From Paraspadella gotoi (taxonomy: Eukaryota > Animalia > Chaetognatha): 64,000 nucleotides of DNA. The DNA is taken from assembly GCA_051294375.1 (NCBI GenBank), contig CM119265.1:9620339-9684338 (forward strand), in the 5' to 3' direction. Below, piece by piece: positions 56,909 through 64,000 of this stretch. The translations under genes and the position numbers were made by a program. Positions within the stretch are counted from its first letter, which is position 1. Each line of letters starts with the position of its first letter. The notes below the pieces were generated by a model, which searched no databases, had not been told where the DNA came from, and was given only the letters and a program-made list of their open reading frames with translations.

Positions 56909-59900
56909 AATACTCGAAACAGAAAGGAACAAATGAGGCAAAAGTGGAAAGTCCTCGAAATTCGGGTCCCAATTTCCGTTTTTCGCTTCTCGAGCAGAAG
57001 CGGAAATTTGCGCCGAGGCGAGGAGTCGATGTTCATTTGTTCATTTCGCGTCAATTTAAAGAAAAAGACGCGGGGCCGGAAAGAGAGGAGAGAGATAAAG
57101 AATCCGTCCTTTAGTTTAGAAAAAAAAAAGGCTAACAATGAAAAACCAAAAGATTCGGTTTTTCTTTATCCTTAATACAGCGTTTCCCTTTTTATTCTTT
57201 CAACTCTTTACTTTTTGAAAATTTTTTTTTTGAAAAGGAGAGAGAAGGGGAGGANNNNNNNNNNNNNNNNNNNNNNNNNNNNNNNNNNNNNNNNNNNNNN
57301 NNNNNNNNNNNNNNNNNNNNNNNNNNNNNNNNNNNNNNNNNNNNNNNNNNNNNNNNNNNNNNNNNNNNNNNNNNNNNNNNNNNNNNNNNNNNNNNNNNNN
57401 NNNNNNNNNNNNNNNNNNNNNNNNNNNNNNNNNNNNNNNNNNNNNNNNNNNNNNNNNNNNNNNNNNNNNNNNNNNNNNNNNNNNNNNNNNNNNNNNNNNN
57501 NNNNNNNNNNNNNNNNNNNNNNNNNNNNNNNNNNNNNNNNNNNNNNNNNNNNNNNNNNNNNNNNNNNNNNNNNNNNNNNNNNNNNNNNNNNNNNNNNNNN
57601 NNNNNNNNNNNNNNNNNNNNNNNNNNNNNNNNNNNNNNNNNNNNNNNNNNNNNNNNNNNNNNNNNNNNNNNNNNNNNNNNNNNNNNNNNNNNNNNNNNNN
57701 NNNNNNNNNNNNNNNNNNNNNNNNNNNNNNNNNNNNNNNNNNNNNNNNNNNNNNNNNNNNNNNNNNNNNNNNNNNNNNNNNNNNNNNNNNNNNNNNNNNN
57801 NNNNNNNNNNNNNNNNNNNNNNNNNNNNNNNNNNNNNNNNNNNNNNNNNNNNNNNNNNNNNNNNNNNNNNNNNNNNNNNNNNNNNNNNNNNNNNNNNNNN
57901 NNNNNNNNNNNNNNNNNNNNNNNNNNNNNNNNNNNNNNNNNNNNNNNNNNNNNNNNNNNNNNNNNNNNNNNNNNNNNNNNNNNNNNNNNNNNNNNNNNNN
58001 NNNNNNNNNNNNNNNNNNNNNNNNNNNNNNNNNNNNNNNNNNNNNNNNNNNNNNNNNNNNNNNNNNNNNNNNNNNNNNNNNNNNNNNNNNNNNNNNNNNN
58101 NNNNNNNNNNNNNNNNNNNNNNNNNNNNNNNNNNNNNNNNNNNNNNNNNNNNNNNNNNNNNNNNNNNNGTTTTTTCGAGTTATTCAGGCAGGCGACACAA
58201 CACACGCGCCACGACGACGACGACGACCGCCGACGACGATCGACGCCGACGACGACGACGCACCCGACGTGACGCGACGACGACGACGACGAGACAGCGA
58301 AAGACACGTCGAAAGATATATACCCCGCAACTTCCTGCCCCGCATAGATGACAACGAAACCGTCGACTCCTTTCCCTCCCCTCACTCCACCCTAGGATTC
58401 GCGCATGAAAATTCAGATTTTATTTTTCTCTCTCCGAAGGCGTGAGTGGTTTGGGTGGATTGTTCACCTGTTCGCTCGTCTTTTTCTTCTCATGCGCGCC
58501 TCGACAGTCCTCCCGTCAGAGCGGCGGTGGAATCGAGGGATCGATTCGCTGTCGATCGCAGAATAAACAAAACGGAAAAGCGGGAATAAAAATAATACAA
58601 AGGACACCGGCCTTTTTTTTTTTGGACGAGGGGGGGGGTAGAGGGGCGGGGTGAGTTGGATTCGATAGGAGAAAGGTGAGGTTCTAGTTTTTGGGTGAGG
58701 TGAGAGAGGTCAGTTGAGGTAGTGATGGTTGACACGAAATGGAAGCAAATTTAACATATGAAACCTTTTACAAACCGAATCTCTAAGGATATTTCAGTTT
58801 AGATTTTAATTCGAAAATGATACAGTGCCTTCATTGCCTCCTCTTTTCAAAAACCACTTTAATTCAAGAGAAAAGAAAAGTGAGTCGGGAGGCAAAAAAA
58901 AAAAAAAAAAAATAAAATACTCGAAACAGAAAGGAAACAAATGAGGCAAAAGTGGAAAGTCCTCGAAATTCGGGTCCCAATTTCCGTTTTTTCGCTTCTC
59001 GAGCAGAAGCGGAAATTTGCGCCGAGGCGAGGAGTCGATGTTCATTTGTTCATTTCGCGTCAATTTAAAGAAAAAGACGCGGGGCCGGAAAGAGAGGAGA
59101 GAGATAAAGAATCCGTCCTTTAGTTTAGAAAAAAAAAAAAGGCTAACAATGAAAAACCAAAAGATTCGGTTTTTCTTTATCCTTAATACAGCGTTTCCCT
59201 TTTTATTCTTTCAACTCTTTACTTTTTGAAAAATTTGTTTGAAAAGAGAGAGAGAAGGGGGGAGATAGAAACAAAAGTTAAAGGGGTTTTTTGAGGGGGA
59301 GTGGTAGAGGGAAATTTAAAATGAAGGGGGATGAGTGTAGCGAAGGTAGGAGAACAAGGGGAGCAGAGCAGAGGGGGGGTGGGTCGAAAAGGGCTCAAGT
59401 GGAAAAAAATAGGAAGGAAAAGAAGTTCATTTGTCAGTTTCGACTGCCGAATAAATTTGCTCTTCCTCTTCCTCTTCGGTAGACTCAACCCGGGCCTCTT
59501 CCTCCTCCGCTTAATCCGGCTCCTCTTCCTCCACTCTTCGCTCTTCTCCTCTTGTAAGCTTTGCCCGCGATCTTCCTCCTCTCGGTTTTCGAGAGTTTTC
59601 CTATATTTCGATCAATATCTTCTCATCCAATAACGAGGCAAACAAGACTTCGAGTCTCTCTTTGTCGTCGGTCGTCGTCGTCGTCGTCGTCGGGCGCGTG
59701 CTCTCATGCCTTTTGTCTTCACCATACGGTCTCGTTTGCGTTTAAGTAGGTTTCCTTGTTAGCCTGAACTCTGAAGGTCTTTGCTCCTCCTCCTCCTCCT
59801 CCTCCTCCTTTTTGCCTTTTCCCTCTCCTCCTCTCTTCACCCTCAATGTTTTCTTTTTTTTCGAGTTTACTTTTCCTTTTCTTTCTTTTACTTTTCATTC

Positions 59901-62900
59901 TTATTTCTTCCTTTTTACATATCCGCGAATTATTTTCACTTTTCCGCCGCTCCTCCTCCTTCCTTTCTTTCTTCCTTTCCTTCTTTCCTTCATTCTGTTC
60001 CTTCCTTCCTTCCTTCCTTCCTTCCTTTTTCCTTCCTTTTCTCTTCCTTCCTTCCTTCCTTCCTTCCTTCCTTCCTTCCTTCCTTCCTTCCTTCCTTCCT
60101 TCTTTCTTTCACATTTTCTTTTTCTCCTCCATCTACTGCTTTTTCTATTTTCCTCACCTCCCTTCCCTTCTTTTCTTTATTCCTTTTGCCTCCTCTCCTC
60201 ATTATTTTCCTCGATTACCTTTTCGCTTCCTTGTTAGTTCGAGAGAGTGAGTGCCGAGTCGAAGTGAAGTTGAGGACACAAAAACACTTTACCTCTCCAC
60301 GGCCTGCCACACTCCCTATTCACATAATTCTCTCTCTGCCATTACCTTTTTTTTATTAGAATTTCCCTCTTAAATTCGTTTTTTTCTTTTTCCTTCCTTC
60401 TTTTTTTTCTTCCTTCCTCTCTTCTTTGCTTCATTCCTCTCTTCCTTCCTTCCTTCCGTCTTTTTTTCTTCCTTTCTTTCTTCTTTTCTTTCTCCCTCGT
60501 CCCCCCTTTACTTTCATTACTTCCTTCCATCTTTCCATCCTTCCTTCCTTCCTTCCTTCTCTCCTTCTTTCCGTTCCTTTATTTCTTCCTTCCTTCCTTT
60601 TTTCATTCTTTCCTTCCTTCCTTTCTTTCCTTTCTTTCTTCCTTCCTTCCTTCCTTCCTTCCCTCCTTTCTTCCTTTTTTCCTCTCTTTCCTCCTCTCTG
60701 CTCTTTCGTCACGTATTAATCGAGTCTCGACAATCTGTCACCCGTTCAAACTAGAGATCTTTTCTTTTTTTATTTCTTTTTTCCACATTTTTTCTTTTTT
60801 TTTTCTCCCATCTCTTATTACCCCGCCCCCTAACCCTTTGCCTGTTGTCGTTGATATCCTTTCTTGTTTTTCTTGTCTCTTTTTTTCCCTGGTATTCGCT
60901 ACTCAAGACTTTGTTCGTTTGTTCGTTCCTTCGTTCGTTCGTTCCTTCTTCCCTTCGTTCGTTATATTTTATGTAGTTTACAGGTGGTCGAGTTAAAATG
61001 GCGAACAAAATGAGATGAATCGATTTTTTTGAAATAAAAAAAGCGTATGGAATCGAATTGAATAAATGTACAAGGTGGCATTCATTTTTATAAGGCGAGA
61101 GAGAGAGAGAAAAAAAAACATTGGTTTACATTTGTAAATTTCAAAATAAGGAAAAGTTTTTTTCGATCGGCGTTTGAACCGCGGGAGCAAAATCATTTCT
61201 TNNNNNNNNNNNNNNNNNNNNNNNAGAGCATTCATTTGTTTACGTATCACAATAGGTAAATATAATCTTTAGTCTCGAATTAATTAAATCTCTCGCCAAT
61301 CTTTCCCCAAAATCACTTTCCCCAGCCGTCCAACACGAACGGGCTCCTCGCTGCTACCAGTACAAACCCCACGAATCCTCTTCCTCTTCCTCCTCTTCCT
61401 CCTCCGCCTCCCGCCTCCTTCCCCGCACCACGGCAGCCAAGCTCCTCTCCCCCGATCAGCTGCTGCCTCACCCTTCCAAATTACATCCGGACCTGTTGAG
61501 CCAATCCAAATTACAGTCGGGGTCCCTCGGCGCCGGCGGAACAGGCGCCATGCGATCGTCGCCGGAATTCTCCGGTTTCTACCCTTACGGCGCCGCGGGA
61601 TTTCATCTGGCGGCGCCGGAACTGGCGCTGGCAGCGGCGGCGGCGGCGTCGGCCCCTAACGCCATCGCCGTTGGCGGCGCCTTCATTCCACCGCACATCA
61701 GTTCCGCTCTCGTGGCGGCGGCGAACGGTGAGGCGGTCAACGAAGATGGCGGGAAGATTGTTGTTGTTGTTATCGTCTTTTAAAATATGTATCCAGAGCG
61801 TGTATCCAGATTAATAACGACTAAGGATTGTTAACGCTCTGCTCCTTTATTTCTCTCTTTCATTTTTTCATTAATATTTCCTCTCTTTCCTAGCCTCCTT
61901 TTGTTGTCTAAATGAGATTTACTCAATATTTTAGAGAAATAGATAGCTTTTAAAGGCCCTGAGCTGAAGGTGCCTCAAGCTGCAATACATTAATAATGTT
62001 TATTGTCAATCGTCCTTTTTTCCAGCCTCGACACTCTCCCCTTTTTGCGGGAAAACCTTGGGATTTCCTTTCCCTCCTCATCCTCCTCCCGCTCCTCACC
62101 CTCTTTCTCACCCACGCGTCTATTCGGGTGAGTTCGGCTGCGACGCGACTCGGGAGAATCCTCCTCCACCTCCCCCGCAGCCGCAGCCGCAGCAGCCCCA
62201 GCATTCCTCGGTCTCGCCCCTAGTGGGTAAATAATTAGTATGGTGTTATTTTCTGTCAGTAATTATCATTATATAATAATTGAATTTATTAATCAATACT
62301 CTAATAATTATTTTTGAGCTAAGAAAAGCTTTGGAAAATAGGGAATTTTTAAAAGATTTTAATGCGCAAAGACGTGATATAAAAATATCATATTTAAAAA
62401 AGTAATATGGTCACAAATGAAAGTAATAAGATTTCATTTCCAACAGTGAAAATAACCTAGCACTTATTCCCTGTCTCACCATTTATCACGACGTCAAAAT
62501 AAACTTTTTTATTTTCTCTCTCTCCTTTCCTCCTTCCAGGTCGTCTTCCTCCTCCGCCTCCCATTAGTTTTTCCCCTCCTCTTCCTCCTCCTTCCTCCCG
62601 CTCCTCGCGATCTTTGGCTTTTGATCTTCGCGCCTTCACCGCCGCTCGAGCGCTCAATCTCGAGTCCGCGACGTCGGCAGAAGAAAAACAAGATGGCGGA
62701 AGATCGGGACGAGGAGAGGAGGAAGATTATAGAATGAGGTAAGTTATTTTCATAAAGGGGCATCGACAAAATACAGTATTCAATGGGTAATTTAATTATC
62801 GAAGTTAATGGTTGTGTATTCGGACATAGCAAAGTTCACCCCGCCTCTAATCAGGACACCTTCTGTCGTGACCCGGTGGAACATTGAGTAAAGCCATCAG

Positions 62901-64000
62901 CTCATTACCACTAGGTACCGGGTTCAATCCCAACCCGGCACCTACTCTGCGGGAACTGTGATGACGGCCGTAAGCCACATTGGGGGCGTGGAAAACCCTC
63001 AAGCCTGGTTCCAAGCCCAGGACCCGTTCCATAGCTGCTAGAGGGGGTTATAGAAGTTACGGATAGTCATGTTCAGCCCACTTAGCGCCTTATCCACAGT
63101 TGCTTTTTGTGATACCCGGGGCGCGGGGTTTCTCACCAACTGGTGTAGGGCCGTAGACCCTCAGTGACCGCCTCNNNNNNNNNNTCACCAACTGGTGTAG
63201 TGGCTGTGGACCCTCAGTGACCGCCTCCTGTGACTTTCATGTGAAGACCGGCTCCCGTCACAGGGCTTGAAGCCGGGACGCTCAGGCTTTGAGACGAGGC
63301 TGTGGACGGACAGCAGTGAGTCAGCTTTAAGTCTTGTTATTATTTTTGACACGTGTCAGGTGCCTCGCCGCATCGAAAGTCGAAGTCCGTTGAACGAGAA
63401 GAAACCCTGCTCCGCGGCGGCGGAGGCGGCGGAGGCAGCGTCGACGACCGGTTGCGAGGTGGAAGCAGCTAAAAGGCAAAAAGAGGATCGAGAAATAGAG
63501 AATAAGGAATCCTGGTGAGAAAATAATTCAAAGAGAAACAAAAGTCTTACAGATGAACAACTTAGGGCAAACTTAAGATAATAGAAAAAATAACTATTAA
63601 TTTTAAAGAAAATAGGACGACCGGTCACCGCATCAAGGCACACACACTCACACACAAACACACAGACATAAACACACAGACACACACTCACACACAGAAA
63701 CACACACACAGAGACACATACAGACACAAACACACACACACAGACACAAACACACACACAGAAACACACACACACACACCCACACACACACACTCAAAAG
63801 AAAGAAACGTTTTCTTCTAATTTTTCGTTTCTCCTTAATTAAAGCGAAATCTTGGACGACGAAGACTCGGACCGAATGTCGATCGTGGAAGAACCAAAAC
63901 CGGAAATCGATGCCGACGTCGAATCCGGCAAAATAGACGCCATTTCCGGCAAAACCGAAGTCAAACCTCTCAAGGCCGACGTCGTCATCGGCGGCGACGA
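44449..64000 (+). CDS. Nuclear receptor NR2E6/PNR-like, 5' part (exons 44449-44467, 44883-45054, 46128-46285, 61326-61727, 62026-62127, 62540-62738, ~63360-63513, 63845->64000); LBD outside the window
   Basis: [72 protein letters not shown] joins in phase to the NR2E T-box AVQHERAPR at 61326. P-box CDGCRG fits NR2E6 rather than tll (CDGCAG) or PNR (CNGCSG). The acceptor of the ~63360 exon is uncertain. Confidence 0.88.
44587..44799. mobile_element. Second near-identical copy of the 1903 repeat, in nuclear receptor intron 1
   Basis: Matches 1903-2120 apart from a small internal deletion and a few substitutions. Confidence 0.8.
45879..45950 (+). tRNA. tRNA-Gly (TCC)
   Basis: GCGTCAG...CTGACGCA acceptor stem, anticodon loop CT-TCC-AA, T-loop TTCGATT, TTTTT terminator immediately downstream. 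Confidence 0.95.
46348..46420 (-). tRNA. tRNA-Arg (TCG)
   Basis: Same cloverleaf as the 43347 copy (1 internal difference plus discriminator); T-run about 22 nt downstream. Confidence 0.93.
46646..46684 (-). pseudogene. tRNA-Arg 5'-half remnant
   Basis: Degenerate match (ATCTGAAGTCAGGCATCTTTTCCATTAGGCCACGCGTCC) to the neighbouring tRNA-Arg genes, followed by a duplicated flank. Confidence 0.75.
46836..46908 (-). tRNA. tRNA-Arg (TCG)
   Basis: Identical to the 46348-46420 copy. Confidence 0.93.
50185..50428. repeat. (ACA/ATA)n trinucleotide microsatellite
   Basis: Directly visible; source of spurious poly-T/I/V/L ORFs. Confidence 0.95.
51295..52443 (-). CDS. Small membrane protein, CD225/dispanin- or DUF4190-like (~143 aa); exons 52443-52200, 51482-51295; antisense in nuclear receptor intron 3
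   Basis: Phase-1 GT-AG join gives ...[77 protein letters not shown]...: two hydrophobic blocks with Cys and a G..A..YA..A loop. An alternative donor at 52209 is also in phase. Confidence 0.6.
51779..52012. mobile_element. MITE-like element with ~70-bp imperfect terminal inverted repeats
   Basis: GTAGTTGTCTACTCA...AGCGGAGCAACTTTAAAAGTAAC...GGTCGGTC mirrored by GACCGACC...GTTACTTTTAGAGTTGCTCCGCT...TGAGTAGACAACTAC; possible TA target duplication. Confidence 0.7.
52553..52885. repeat. 133-bp tandem duplication within a probable Tc1/mariner-type remnant
   Basis: Units at ~52622-52754 and ~52755-52885 are almost identical; TACAGTGTGTCC (Tc1-like terminus) at ~52553. Confidence 0.6.
54259..54913. 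mobile_element. ~650-bp MITE with ~30-bp terminal inverted repeats
   Basis: ACCCCGTGTCCGTTCTCGAGTGACGCCAAA vs TTTGGTGCCATTCGCGAACGGACACGGGGT; AT-rich non-coding interior. Confidence 0.7.
56152..59262. repeat. ~1.1-kb direct duplication either side of an N-gap (56152-57254 / 58169-59262); probable assembly artefact
   Basis: The second copy differs mostly by scattered 1-nt indels and both copies abut the gap. Confidence 0.8.
62846..63328 (-). mobile_element. Possible SINE/LINE-UTR fragment in an intron
   Basis: Compositionally distinct ~50% GC block with a degenerate B-box (GGCTTCAAGCCC) near the minus-strand 5' end; interrupted by a small gap. Confidence 0.3.

Noticed and set aside
56152-59262. 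Apparent 1.1-kb segmental duplication
   Set aside because: Copies flank a gap and differ by indel-type noise; likely a redundant low-quality read or haplotype rather than biology.

Overview
AT-rich, intron-containing eukaryotic (invertebrate animal) genomic DNA from a draft assembly with several N-gaps. Genes reconstructed by hand from splice signals and protein motifs, in order: 3' part of an eIF4E-binding protein (4E-BP); AFG3L2/paraplegin-type m-AAA protease (minus) with a complete monocarboxylate-transporter-like gene nested antisense in a 5-kb intron; a DPF/d4/requiem double-PHD gene head-to-head with AFG3L2; an innexin locus; a small orphan secreted Cys protein; a divergent BPI/LBP-family gene whose 8-kb intron contains a same-strand RRM gene; and the 5' part of an NR2E6/PNR-like nuclear receptor whose introns carry tRNA genes and an antisense CD225-like gene. 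The most striking observation is the innexin locus. It has two diverged but intact N-terminal half-genes (each with ATG, TM1, EL1 and TM2), both ending at a phase-1 donor compatible with one shared set of C-terminal exons. It also has two phase-compatible alternative tails: a short CxxC-x11-CxxC tail, or a ~400-aa Pro-rich exon with PPxY/YPxL motifs. Together this would be a potentially combinatorial gap-junction gene. Repeats include a Penelope-type palindrome with a minimal hammerhead-ribozyme motif, SINE-, MITE- and Helentron/HINE-like elements, and many microsatellites. All gene models are manual predictions without transcript support.
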